Positions 9,552-18,876 are shown, counted from the stretch's first letter. The stretch: DNA of 64,000 nucleotides from a virus (IMGVR_UViG_3300031867_000002:64001-128000); one strand, 5' to 3'. Notes: generated by a model from the sequence alone, not told the origin. Numbers and translations are program-made.

Positions 9552-10628
9552 ATGGCTTATTCAGGGCAAGGACAAGGTACATCTACCGACCCATACCAAG
9601 TTACAACATTATATCAGCTATTAGAAGTTTTTAAAATATACAATGCTTCTGCCGTTGTACAACCACAAGTATATTGTAAGTTAATGAATGATATAGATTT
9701 CAATGACTATCAAGAGTATTGGTCTGTACCGAATGAATTATTTTATGCTAATAATACATCAACTGATACTTATAAACGTACTAAATTTATATATATAGAT
9801 GGAAATGGTTACGGTTTATATAATATGTATTGTTATAATAATACTTCTGTGTTTAAATGCTTTTCTACTACATCATCTTATCATAATGATATAATAATAA
9901 AAAATATAATTATAGAAGCTATATATATAATGAGCATTAGTAATAGTGGTAGTGATGGTGCTGATAAGCATAGATTTTGTAGTAGTGAGAGTTATTATTC
10001 TAGTGCTGTACATTTTATAAATAGTGATATAAGATTAAAATTATATGCATATACTACACCAAATCAATATTCTACTATGTTTTATATGTCATACTTTACA
10101 AATTGTATTATAAATATTGATATTATTTGTAATAACACTGTGTATATCAACAATTCTAGTGGTTATGATTATGGTTATGGTTACGATATTATTCAACAAT
10201 CTAGTACTAGTAGTGGAAACGATACAGACTATTCTAATTATTATAATGAATGGAATATACGTATTTTAGGAATTATGGAACAATCTGCAGGTACTAATTA
10301 TTATTTATCTCTTCTTGCTAGTGACCATAAATTTAGTTCATTCTTTATAGAAATGGTTGGTATTAAATCTAATATAGGAAATATTAGAATATCAGGAGGT
10401 TCTTACTTTTCTAATTGTTATTTTGTTGTTAAAAACAATAATTCGACATATACTGGAACTATGAAATTTGATTATTTTGTTACTGGTATTAATTTTTACG
10501 ATAAAGATATTGCGGATAATCACATTGTGGATACTCATAGCGGAAGTGGTTCATTACTTGCACTTACAACAGCACAATGTAAGAATGCAGAATATCTAGA
10601 ACAACAAGGATTCATTATAGCTAGATAA
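9552..10628 (+). CDS. putative beta-helix adhesin / receptor-binding protein 1 (GLUG-like N- and C-terminal motifs)
   Basis: GQGTSTDPYQVTT...YCKLMNDIDF...IDGNG...LTTAQCKNAEYL; paralog of 11247-12305. Confidence 0.55.
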   Translation: MAYSGQGQGTSTDPYQVTTLYQLLEVFKIYNASAVVQPQVYCKLMNDIDFNDYQEYWSVPNELFYANNTSTDTYKRTKFIYIDGNGYGLYNMYCYNNTSVFKCFSTTSSYHNDIIIKNIIIEAIYIMSISNSGSDGADKHRFCSSESYYSSAVHFINSDIRLKLYAYTTPNQYSTMFYMSYFTNCIINIDIICNNTVYINNSSGYDYGYGYDIIQQSSTSSGNDTDYSNYYNEWNIRILGIMEQSAGTNYYLSLLASDHKFSSFFIEMVGIKSNIGNIRISGGSYFSNCYFVVKNNNSTYTGTMKFDYFVTGINFYDKDIADNHIVDTHSGSGSLLALTTAQCKNAEYLEQQGFIIAR

Positions 10629-10639
10629 GAGGTGATTAT

Positions 10640-11194
10640 ATGTCTAGTTTTATTATAAATCCTAATAAGAGAGATGGATACCCTGTTATAGATGATAATA
10701 CACATGATTTTGGTCCTACACAAACTACTCCATATCCAAAAAGAGAATTCTATACTGGTTCTGATTTATTAGACGGGTATCCTATAATGGATGGTTGGAA
10801 AAGTTTTAGTCCAGTACAAGATAGCATATATCCAAGTAACATGTTTAGGATTGATGCTAGTAAAATGCAAGGCTATCCATCATTTTCATTCTTTGGAGAT
10901 TTTAGTCCAGTACAAGATAACATATATCCAAGTAACATGTTTAATATTGATGCTAGTAAAATGCAGGGCTATCCATCATTCTCATTCTTCGGAGATTTTA
11001 AAAATTTTGGAGCATTTGAATTTGCTGAAAATTTAACTAAGATAACAATACCTAGAAGTGTTCGGTATGTATGTGATTACGCTTTCTGGGGTTGTAATAA
11101 TTTAAAAAAAGTTCGTATACATCCAGATTGTGTATACTTTTCACATTCTTTTCCAGAAGAATGCGAAATTCAATTCTATGAAGAAAACGAATAG
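10640..11194 (+). CDS. adaptor-like protein 1: GYP repeats plus C-terminal half of a BspA (LRR_5) repeat
   Basis: Four xxGYP repeats, then GAFEFAENLTKITIPRSVRYVCDYAFWGCNNLKKVRI. Confidence 0.65.
   Translation: MSSFIINPNKRDGYPVIDDNTHDFGPTQTTPYPKREFYTGSDLLDGYPIMDGWKSFSPVQDSIYPSNMFRIDASKMQGYPSFSFFGDFSPVQDNIYPSNMFNIDASKMQGYPSFSFFGDFKNFGAFEFAENLTKITIPRSVRYVCDYAFWGCNNLKKVRIHPDCVYFSHSFPEECEIQFYEENE
10804..10995 (+). repeat. 96-bp tandem duplication (2 copies, 32-aa unit)
   Basis: 10804-10899 versus 10900-10995 differ at 6 positions by eye. Confidence 0.95.
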
Positions 11195-11246
11195 AATATA
11201 TGGCTAGCTCATATGAGCTAGCCTATTATGTAAAGGAGGTAAGTTT

Positions 11247-12305
11247 ATGGCTGTTACGCTTGAAGGACAAGGTACAGAAGATAGTCCTTACTTAGTATCT
11301 AATCCTGCTGAATTAAGAGCTGCTGTACAAATAGCTGATTGTTATATCAAACTTAAAACTGATATAGACTTTAATGACGATACTGTTATATGGGGATGGG
11401 AACCGCTTATGATATATTGCAAACAAATAGATGGTGATAATCATAAGATAACTAACTGTTATTGTTATCAAAAGTCTTTCATGATTGGTTGTGTTGGAGA
11501 AAACAATCCTTTTATTATGAAGAATACTATTATAGAAGCAATATATTTAACTAGTGCAACTCAAAGTAATGGTACTGGAGCTACTAATGGTGCATTTATT
11601 TTTCCATCATATTATAATATAAGTCGTATTTATATGTTTTTCTATGATTGCGATTTTAGAATTAAGTATTATGTAGAAAAAGACGATGCAATTCTTTTTT
11701 ATAATGCAGTTTCTTTTAATGGTGGTATGGTTTTTATTAGAAGATGTATATTAAATTTAGACATATTTCCAAATAATCATGACCAAATAAATATTTTTAA
11801 ATTAACTAGAACTGGTGTAGAAAGTAGTTTGATTAGTAATAATGAGATAAAGATAAATCTACATTTAGCTAATAATTTGTTTACTGGTAAAGAAGCCTTT
11901 AATAGAGATACAAGTTTAACTTCAAATTCTAAATCTTTATTACATATTTATTACACAGGCGGTAGTTATGATATTCCATATTTTACAAATAATGCTACAT
12001 TTATTAATATAGATGGTATAAATGAGAACTTACCATCTAAACTATGTATTTTATTATCATACGCTAAATCAATATCTAATTGTTATTTTATACTAAATGA
12101 TGTTAAAGGTAACTATCTTTCTTCTAAAGAGATACATTTTAAAATATTTTATGGAGGAGCTTGTTCTACATCTTGTTTTATGAATAATAAAGCTAAGTTC
12201 TATAATAAAAGCCTTACAAATAATGAACCGAACATGCATATTCTGACAGATGAACAATGTAAGAATCTACAAGAATTACTTAATATAGGATTTCTTGTTG
12301 TATAA
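11247..12305 (+). CDS. putative beta-helix adhesin / receptor-binding protein 2
   Basis: GQGTEDSPYLVS...YIKLKTDIDFND...IDGDN...IIEAIY...LTDEQCKN. Shares its ends with 9552-10628 and diverges in the middle. Confidence 0.55.
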   Translation: MAVTLEGQGTEDSPYLVSNPAELRAAVQIADCYIKLKTDIDFNDDTVIWGWEPLMIYCKQIDGDNHKITNCYCYQKSFMIGCVGENNPFIMKNTIIEAIYLTSATQSNGTGATNGAFIFPSYYNISRIYMFFYDCDFRIKYYVEKDDAILFYNAVSFNGGMVFIRRCILNLDIFPNNHDQINIFKLTRTGVESSLISNNEIKINLHLANNLFTGKEAFNRDTSLTSNSKSLLHIYYTGGSYDIPYFTNNATFINIDGINENLPSKLCILLSYAKSISNCYFILNDVKGNYLSSKEIHFKIFYGGACSTSCFMNNKAKFYNKSLTNNEPNMHILTDEQCKNLQELLNIGFLVV

Positions 12306-12318
12306 GAGGTGATGTATT

Positions 12319-12906
12319 ATGGCTGGTGGTGGAACTTTACAAGAACCTGAAATCATAACAAAAGCTTGGTGGGAATCTGATTTTACTTTAAATCCAGATG
12401 TATTAGACGGGTATCCTTCTTTTGCTGAATTAGGTAATTTTAAAGATAATACTATGGATTCTAAATATAACTTTACTAGTCATGTACAAGACTTAAATGG
12501 TTATCCATCTTTAAGATTAGGTCCTATAGTAGATTATAATTTTAATTCACATTACGTTTTTGCTACAGGAACAGACTATTTAAACGGTTATCCATCTTTA
12601 CAACAAGAGTATGTAAATATAATAGACGACTTTCTTATATATTCTAAGTATGTATTCTCTCATCAACAAGATAATACTTATATAGATGGATATCCAACAT
12701 TAGGACAACAAGATTTTGAACATTTTGGTGTTGCTAAAGATTGTACATTAGAAGAAGTTGTTATTCCAAAGTCTGTTATATTTATAGCAGACTGGGCATT
12801 CTATAATTCTAATATAACATCTGTAAAGATAAATAGACATTGTGTTTATTATCCTCATTCATTTCCTCCTGGATGTCATATTAAGCCTTATAATGATGAG
12901 GGATGA
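12319..12906 (+). CDS. adaptor-like protein 2: GYP repeats plus C-terminal half of a BspA LRR
   Basis: Four (D/N)GYP repeats, then LEEVVIPKSVIFIADWAFYNSNITSVKI...CVYYPHSFP; paralog of 10640-11194. Confidence 0.65.
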   Translation: MAGGGTLQEPEIITKAWWESDFTLNPDVLDGYPSFAELGNFKDNTMDSKYNFTSHVQDLNGYPSLRLGPIVDYNFNSHYVFATGTDYLNGYPSLQQEYVNIIDDFLIYSKYVFSHQQDNTYIDGYPTLGQQDFEHFGVAKDCTLEEVVIPKSVIFIADWAFYNSNITSVKINRHCVYYPHSFPPGCHIKPYNDEG

Positions 12907-12984
12907 TATATCATCCCTCATCTCTTTATCTTGAACAATATTATAAAACATAGACTCTTAAAAAGAGTCGGAAAGGATTGTGTT

Positions 12985-13821
12985 ATGGAAACTACAACTA
13001 TTATTGAAACAACATTGCAAAATACTGCTGATAACTATACTGGTGAAGTAGACAAATATACTCAGCTTATAAATACATATGGCGCATCAGCAGTTATTAT
13101 TGCAGTCTTTCTAGTTATTCTATTAGCGGTAGTAACTTATCTATTGCGGAGTAATCAGAAGACAAACAACCAACTTATTGAACAACAACAAGATTTGGTT
13201 AATATGTTGGTAGAGATGGCTAAGAAGGAAGATAGTAAACCATCGGAAGAAAACAATAAACCTAAGATTATTAAAGAACCTAATCTAGTAGAGACATTCT
13301 TAAATATCAATGGTAGTATTAAAGATACACTTAAGGATATCTCAGATGAATTGAATGCAGATAGAACTTCTGTATATGTATTTCATAATGGTGTGTTCTC
13401 TTCTCATGGATTACCATTCTTTAAGATTTCTTGTGTATGTGAAGTTGTAAAAAAGAATGTTGGCGTTATTAAGAATCTTAAATCGCACTCTGGCTTACCA
13501 CTTCAAATGTTTGATAATACTATATCTAATATCTATAAGAATGGTAATATGACAATTCAAGATACTGATAACGAGGAAGATGATTTAGTTTCTAGTTCTC
13601 CTGTATTATGCGGCATGTTAAAGAACAATAATATTAAGTCTGCTACTGGAATAGCAATATATGACCATGATAATAATATTATGGGTATTTTAATGGTTGA
13701 ATATGTAGATAAGAAAGACCCAATTCTATTAGAAGAAGCTACTAAATGTCTGATTAATAAAGCTCCATTATTATCACCTGTATTAGAATTCTCTGGTATT
13801 TACGATACAACTAATAAGTAA
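12985..13821 (+). CDS. single-TM membrane protein with C-terminal GAF-like domain (candidate holin)
   Basis: ATG 12985 after AAAGGA. TM segment ASAVIIAVFLVILLAVVTYLL, then LNADRTSVYVFH...IKSATGIAIYD...MGILMVEY (GAF-like pattern). Late promoter at 12934-12945. Confidence 0.5.
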   Translation: METTTIIETTLQNTADNYTGEVDKYTQLINTYGASAVIIAVFLVILLAVVTYLLRSNQKTNNQLIEQQQDLVNMLVEMAKKEDSKPSEENNKPKIIKEPNLVETFLNINGSIKDTLKDISDELNADRTSVYVFHNGVFSSHGLPFFKISCVCEVVKKNVGVIKNLKSHSGLPLQMFDNTISNIYKNGNMTIQDTDNEEDDLVSSSPVLCGMLKNNNIKSATGIAIYDHDNNIMGILMVEYVDKKDPILLEEATKCLINKAPLLSPVLEFSGIYDTTNK

Positions 13822-13850
13822 GGTATACCTCCATGTACTATATAGAAATG

Positions 13851-13882
13851 AATACGGGGTGCATTTTTAGCACCCCGTATTT
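13851..13882. terminator. terminator between convergent genes
   Basis: AATACGGGGTGC-loop-GCACCCCGTATT. Confidence 0.75.
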
Positions 13883-13883
13883 G

Positions 13884-14228
13884 TTATGGTTCTTCAGGAG
13901 TACCATCATAAAGAACAATCAATCTATTACCATCAATAGGTGTAGCAACATCTAATCTAACAGGGTCGATATCTTTAAGTGCTTCATTGATAATATTTTC
14001 TGCTTCTTCTGGATTAGCGATAGAATAAGGAATAATCTTAACCTGAGGGATAATCTTATCACCTTCTGCGTCAGCATCCATAAAGATAATCACCGAGCTA
14101 TGATGACCATTGTTTACGATATTGTAACCAATGAAATCCTTTACAGTTTTAAGAACCTCATTAAGCTTTTTCTCAGCATCTTTAGCATCAGCAAAGCCAA
14201 TCTTAATAACCTTACTAGTAACAGCCAT
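13884..14228 (-). CDS. hypothetical protein, two ~55-aa internal repeats
   Basis: VKII...E..IN.AL...I.LY unit twice; GGAGG RBS. Confidence 0.65.
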   Translation of the reverse strand: MAVTSKVIKIGFADAKDAEKKLNEVLKTVKDFIGYNIVNNGHHSSVIIFMDADAEGDKIIPQVKIIPYSIANPEEAENIINEALKDIDPVRLDVATPIDGNRLIVLYDGTPEEP

Positions 14229-14248
14229 TGGTAAATCCTCCTTTATAA

Positions 14249-14776
14249 TTATTCTTCACTAAACAGAATCATCATATTATGATTCTTGTTTAGCATAAAG
14301 CTATCAAACGGTTGTAATCCCCAATCAGGGTCATCATCCAACTGTTGTAAAAACATAGAGATTCTTCTGCTAGCTGCTTTTACATCAGATGGGTTATTGA
14401 TGATTTTTACTCTTGGGAATTCACCTGCTTTATTTTCATACAGAATGATATATACAAACTCTGCTGGGTTACAAATAGATAGGAAGTTCTTATCTTCATC
14501 CATTTCCATTTCTAACATAGCATCATTGATAATCTTTTCTGTCTTGACCATATCTTGAGAACCTTGAATAACCTTAACTCCAATGCTAGGAGATGCAGAG
14601 CCAGAACCTTCTGACTTTTCATATACAAGCATATACTTATTAGCATCAGTAGCTTTAATTAAATCAGTAAGCCATTCAAGCTTAAAGTCATGTTCAAGTT
14701 TTGTGATAGCAAAGTTAATCTCTTTTTCATTATCTGTCGTATTAGCAGACATAGGAATATAAAAGACTTGCTTCAT
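14249..14776 (-). CDS. hypothetical protein, three ~55-aa internal repeats (paralog of 13884-14228)
   Basis: Same unit three times; GGAGG RBS; late promoter at 14814-14825. Confidence 0.65.
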   Translation of the reverse strand: MKQVFYIPMSANTTDNEKEINFAITKLEHDFKLEWLTDLIKATDANKYMLVYEKSEGSGSASPSIGVKVIQGSQDMVKTEKIINDAMLEMEMDEDKNFLSICNPAEFVYIILYENKAGEFPRVKIINNPSDVKAASRRISMFLQQLDDDPDWGLQPFDSFMLNKNHNMMILFSEE

Positions 14777-14847
14777 AGGCTACCTCCTTACTATATAACA
14801 GCAATAATATCTTTAATATAAAGTTACGTAGGCTGAGAGACAAAATT

Positions 14848-15093
14848 TTACACTTCACATTGTTTAGTCTCAGCTAACTTCAATGCTTCAATTAATTGAG
14901 TATGATATTCTTCATCTGTATACTCACCAGTATTAAATTTATTAAGTTCAAAGTTGATAAGCTTAATGAGATTATAAATCTCCATCATATTATCTGCAGA
15001 CTTAACAGCTTCTAAGTAATCCATTCTCATGACACTACCCTCCTCTATTCCATCAATAAAAGATGCATATTTAATATGATGCTTATCGTACAT
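14848..15093 (-). CDS. small hypothetical protein
   Basis: RBS lies in the upstream gene end. YHTQLIEALKLAE is similar to the next ORF. Confidence 0.6.
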   Translation of the reverse strand: MYDKHHIKYASFIDGIEEGSVMRMDYLEAVKSADNMMEIYNLIKLINFELNKFNTGEYTDEEYHTQLIEALKLAETKQCEV

Positions 15094-15096
15094 ATA

Positions 15097-15288
15097 TTAT
15101 TCCTCCTCGTAGATAAGTCTATTTTTCCTCTTCTCTGCATATTGTAATGCTTCTTCTAACTGAGTTCTATATGTGTCATCTATATCTGTACGTTTAAGTT
15201 CATCCTCTATATTACTTATAATATAGTATAGCTTTATAGACCCATATATCTCAGATATATGATTAATGATTGGGTTATTACTAAGCAT
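15097..15288 (-). CDS. small hypothetical protein (paralog of 14848-15093)
   Basis: YRTQLEEALQYAE. Confidence 0.55.
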   Translation of the reverse strand: MLSNNPIINHISEIYGSIKLYYIISNIEDELKRTDIDDTYRTQLEEALQYAEKRKNRLIYEEE

Positions 15289-15347
15289 GATATAACACCA
15301 CTTTCTAGAGTCACTACCTACAATTAAGTAGGTAGTGACATAATATA

Positions 15348-15557
15348 TTATTTATCTTGTAGAGATTCCATGCCTATATTGCTAGATTCTGAAACGATAG
15401 TCTGTTCTCTCATATTTAAATCCGCTTTAATATTATTCTTATTAAGCAGTCTAGCTACAGCTTTCTTATATGGTGCTACATATACAAAAGCGTCACCATA
15501 TGTCTTAGCCTCTATCTTAGCCTCTTCAATCATCTGTAAACAATTTGTATCTTTCAT
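15348..15557 (-). CDS. small hypothetical protein
   Basis: AAGGAGG RBS; followed by a hairpin at 15310-15339. Confidence 0.55.
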   Translation of the reverse strand: MKDTNCLQMIEEAKIEAKTYGDAFVYVAPYKKAVARLLNKNNIKADLNMREQTIVSESSNIGMESLQDK

Positions 15558-15570
15558 TGTGATTTCCTCC

Positions 15571-16275
15571 TTAATAATATAACTCTCTGATTATGGTTGG
15601 GTCATTCTGATATTGGTATTCAAAGAGAGGGTCTAATTTATAGAATCTCCATCCAGCTGTAGTAGCTTGCATTCCTCTAAGACAATCTGATATATGCTTT
15701 GGTTCAAGTCCATGATTTTGTCCAAACATAGTTTGATTGTTTGTGATATATACTTGTCCCTGTGGTGACATAGCTAAAAATTTATATACTCTTGTAGAAT
15801 TTCTAGATTGACGTTCTGGTATAGTCCAACTAATATTACCTTTTACATATCCAAGATTATTATTCATTCTATCCATAGAAATCTTTTTATCTGGATATGT
15901 ATTTTTAGCAACTAAATATCTACCATATTGGTCATCCCAAAAATCTACAAACGCATCATAATCAGTAGTAAGTCCTCTTCCACCATATCTATCATAGTGT
16001 GGATTATTTGGATTATAAATTCTATCTTTCATATGAGCCCATACATCATAGAATTTCGGGTCTTGTTTTTTTAATCCAAAACCACAAGCTACTGCGTGTA
16101 GAGAACAATTAGGTCTATCTCTAAGATTACCTTCATATATATCCTTTTCTCTACCACAAATGTTACATCTACACTTTAACATTTTACGATTGTTTTTGAC
16201 ATCTCGGAAACCTTGTACTACTGTCATATCTCCAATAATATCACCGACTAAAATTTCATTAAACTTTCTAGGCAT
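15571..16275 (-). CDS. free-standing HNH (His-Me finger) homing-type endonuclease
   Basis: KCRCNICG...W.HMKDR.YNPN...Y.RYGGRG...SMDRMNNNLGYVKGNISW...QSRN; own late promoter at 16305-16316. Confidence 0.8.
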   Translation of the reverse strand: MPRKFNEILVGDIIGDMTVVQGFRDVKNNRKMLKCRCNICGREKDIYEGNLRDRPNCSLHAVACGFGLKKQDPKFYDVWAHMKDRIYNPNNPHYDRYGGRGLTTDYDAFVDFWDDQYGRYLVAKNTYPDKKISMDRMNNNLGYVKGNISWTIPERQSRNSTRVYKFLAMSPQGQVYITNNQTMFGQNHGLEPKHISDCLRGMQATTAGWRFYKLDPLFEYQYQNDPTIIRELYY

Positions 16276-16368
16276 AATAAATTACCTACCTTTCTTAATT
16301 ATTTTACTTTTATGTTAGTAAATTAATTAAAAAATACGTTATGGTAATTCAAATACCCTAAAATATTA

Positions 16369-17583
16369 TTATTCTCCGAAAGCTTCCATTGCGTTCATTT
16401 GTGTAAATTTTTCAGTACTGTCATGAAAGGACTTCATCATGATGTTCTTCACAACACTAGCTAATTGTGGTGTTGCAGTGCCGATGTTTGGTGTATCGAG
16501 TAGATAGTATAAGTCTCCAGCACACTTATTACAGATACATTCATTTTTACATAAGCTACTAAAACGTATCTTTACCGTTTTACCTTTATATTTATCCATG
16601 TTAGTACTATCTAGTCTTACTAGTTTATTACCTTCTACTATATAAGAATACATAAGCATATTTAGATAATTTTTATCTAATGTAACAGTAATAGTTCTTT
16701 TAGTTCCACAATCACTACCCTTAGGACCAAGCTTAATATGCTGGAATGCTAGTAAGAACTTCTTTTCTTCATAACCCCAGATAGCAGTTTTTCTAGCACG
16801 AGCATATGGACCTGCGGCAAGTGAGTTAGACATAGCAGCATAGTCGTCTTTAGATACACCTTCTGAATAACAAGAAGTGATAATGTTATATCCCTTTGTT
16901 GGGTCTGGGTCTTTAGCAGCACCTTTCATAACATACATGTTTTTAAAGTTATTACCTAAGTCAGCACCAGCACCAGCTTTAATATTATCCCAAGCGGGGT
17001 CATCTTTAAGTTCTTCTTCACAATACTGGAGAAGTTCTTGCTCTATCTTCTCTGTTACAAATGCATCGCCAGCAGCAATTTCTTTTTCATACTTCTTTAA
17101 GAGTTCTTTCTTCTTTGGTTCAATCTTCTTAGATATTAATAGCATATCTTCAGAAGATGTAGTACAAATTACAGAAGAGTAGTTCATGAACTTTTGAAGA
17201 CACATAATCCACTGTTTGAATTGTGGTACAGTAACTCTATCTTCTAGAATAGCAAGAGAAAGTTTATCTTTCATAGTACCATAAGCTTTTTTATTGAACG
17301 GCTCATTGAAGTAACCAAGTTCATTAAACAAATCAGGATAGTCAATACAAGCCTTATTAAAAAACCATGAACCTACAGTAGTAGTGAAAGTATTCTTGTT
17401 ATTATGATATGACTTAGGTGGTACTTCCATGATGTCATAAGTATTAAACTTCTTCTTACCATTAAACTCACCAAAGCACTCCATAAAAATAGAAGTCTTT
17501 AAACATTCTTTACTAGAAAGAGAGATAAGATATTCAGCTTCTTCTTTCTTAATGAGTCTACCTTTTCTAACTTTATTTGCCAT
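16369..17583 (-). CDS. rpoC: phage multisubunit RNA polymerase beta' C-terminal subunit (probably virion RNAP)
   Basis: Bridge-helix-like GPYARARKTA.WGY, SDCGT, zinc site IRFSSLCKNECICNKCAG and trigger-loop-like MMKSFH. Confidence 0.85.
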   Translation of the reverse strand: MANKVRKGRLIKKEEAEYLISLSSKECLKTSIFMECFGEFNGKKKFNTYDIMEVPPKSYHNNKNTFTTTVGSWFFNKACIDYPDLFNELGYFNEPFNKKAYGTMKDKLSLAILEDRVTVPQFKQWIMCLQKFMNYSSVICTTSSEDMLLISKKIEPKKKELLKKYEKEIAAGDAFVTEKIEQELLQYCEEELKDDPAWDNIKAGAGADLGNNFKNMYVMKGAAKDPDPTKGYNIITSCYSEGVSKDDYAAMSNSLAAGPYARARKTAIWGYEEKKFLLAFQHIKLGPKGSDCGTKRTITVTLDKNYLNMLMYSYIVEGNKLVRLDSTNMDKYKGKTVKIRFSSLCKNECICNKCAGDLYYLLDTPNIGTATPQLASVVKNIMMKSFHDSTEKFTQMNAMEAFGE

Positions 17584-17672
17584 ATAAATATACCTCCTTG
17601 TGTATATATGATATTACTAAATTGTTGAGGTTGTGTAAAACTAAGAGAAGATACTTGTTATATAATAATAGT

Positions 17673-17780
17673 GAATAAGACAGAAGCAACGTCTATCTGT
17701 CGAGCGGTCCGTGCATACGCTAGGGGTAGCACGAGGCGTAGTTTATCTACGTTCCCAACCTAAGGGAAAAGGAAAACGTT
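17673..17780 (+). ncRNA. structured 5' leader of early cassette
   Basis: Follows TATATAAT-N6-G (17659-17673). Hairpins GACAGA/TCTGTC, CGTGC/GCACG, CGTAG/CTACG and TTCCC/GGGAA. Confidence 0.5.
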
Positions 17781-17811
17781 ATGAAAAAGAACGAAAAAAA
17801 GAGTACGTATT

Positions 17812-18264
17812 ATGAACGCATTAAGATTAGCTATCAGTCACTCGATGGCAGAAAACAAATTCACAATTGAATACTGCTGCAACGAGTGTACTGAAAAATG
17901 CAACGACTTTATGGTTTCATTTTACGACCATAATCACAGGCATCTTGTCTCAAACTGGCTCGTAAATAGCAGCGAGCCGTATCCGTATTCAACCAGTGGA
18001 ACTATCAATAATCTGGCTAATTGGTTGGATATTGACATCAACCATCTGATGTGGTCTCAGGAGGATGTTCTCCTCCATAAGGTGCGGTATATCCGTATCG
18101 GCAGGAGGTCGTTTATTGAAACAGAAGACGGCTATTTTTACAACCAAGAAAGGGGGTTGGAATACGATGTATTTTCTGGAGCCAAGCGTTCAATCGCTTG
18201 GCCCAGTCGATATATCAATTCATGGTATAGCGACCCTGAGCTTGACAGATACTATCTGGGGTAA
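17812..18264 (+). CDS. hypothetical early protein (start ambiguous, see findings)
   Basis: 150-aa ORF between an early promoter and the terminator at 18297-18331. Confidence 0.6.
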   Translation: MNALRLAISHSMAENKFTIEYCCNECTEKCNDFMVSFYDHNHRHLVSNWLVNSSEPYPYSTSGTINNLANWLDIDINHLMWSQEDVLLHKVRYIRIGRRSFIETEDGYFYNQERGLEYDVFSGAKRSIAWPSRYINSWYSDPELDRYYLG

Positions 18265-18411
18265 ATTCACATTCTCTACTGCTGCTACGACTGATAAAAA
18301 CAGACAGCCTTTGACAAGCGGTTTGTTTTTTGTAATATTTGTCATAAATGTATATTATAAAAGTGGTAAGTGAGCAACTCTATGATAATATGTTTAAGGA
18401 GGTATCTATAT

Positions 18412-18876
18412 ATGAAAGTAGTTGCTATTAATAATACCGTTGAGAAGCCTACTCCTAAGTATGTGGCTCTCACAGATGTAATGAAAGAAAAGCCTCTTCC
18501 TAAAGAGGTAACCGACCCTAATATCATTAGAAGTAAAGTTCTGGTGATAGAGAATCTTAGTGTTACAATAACACAAGATTTTGATGATGATGTAAATTTT
18601 GTCATTAAGACAGACCCTGGTATATTGTCTGACCATAAGACAATTCCAGAACTTGACATTACTGCAAAAGAAGACATTGAGTTTGACGAAGATATTACAA
18701 AAGCAAAACTTGAAAGTATTATTCGTCGTTGCGGTGTCTTAGACAAATATGCAAAATATTTTGTACAAGACCCAGAGATTGTAATCAATTGTTATACTTT
18801 GACAATCAAGAAGACTTATAAGTATTTCAATGAATTCAAAGAGGGTATCTTAATTGGAGGTGACATTTTTATGTAA
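18412..18876 (+). CDS. hypothetical protein
   Basis: AAGGAGG RBS before ATG 18412; early-type motif at 18351-18365. Confidence 0.65.
   Translation: MKVVAINNTVEKPTPKYVALTDVMKEKPLPKEVTDPNIIRSKVLVIENLSVTITQDFDDDVNFVIKTDPGILSDHKTIPELDITAKEDIEFDEDITKAKLESIIRRCGVLDKYAKYFVQDPEIVINCYTLTIKKTYKYFNEFKEGILIGGDIFM

Noticed and set aside
10804-10995. Diversity-generating retroelement TR/VR pair
   Set aside because: The copies are tandem and in frame, the mismatches include T/C and G/T changes rather than being adenine-specific, and there is no reverse transcriptase in the window.
9500-11010. DNA inversion or site-specific recombination fusing the 1771-aa gene to an LRR half
   Set aside because: No shared or inverted repeat is visible at the junctions and there is no recombinase in the window, so protein-level complementation is the simpler hypothesis.
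15571-16368. Group I intron carrying the HNH within the RNAP gene
   Set aside because: The beta' C-half ends normally after the trigger-loop motif, the HNH has its own promoter and RBS, and no downstream exon or intron core was recognised.
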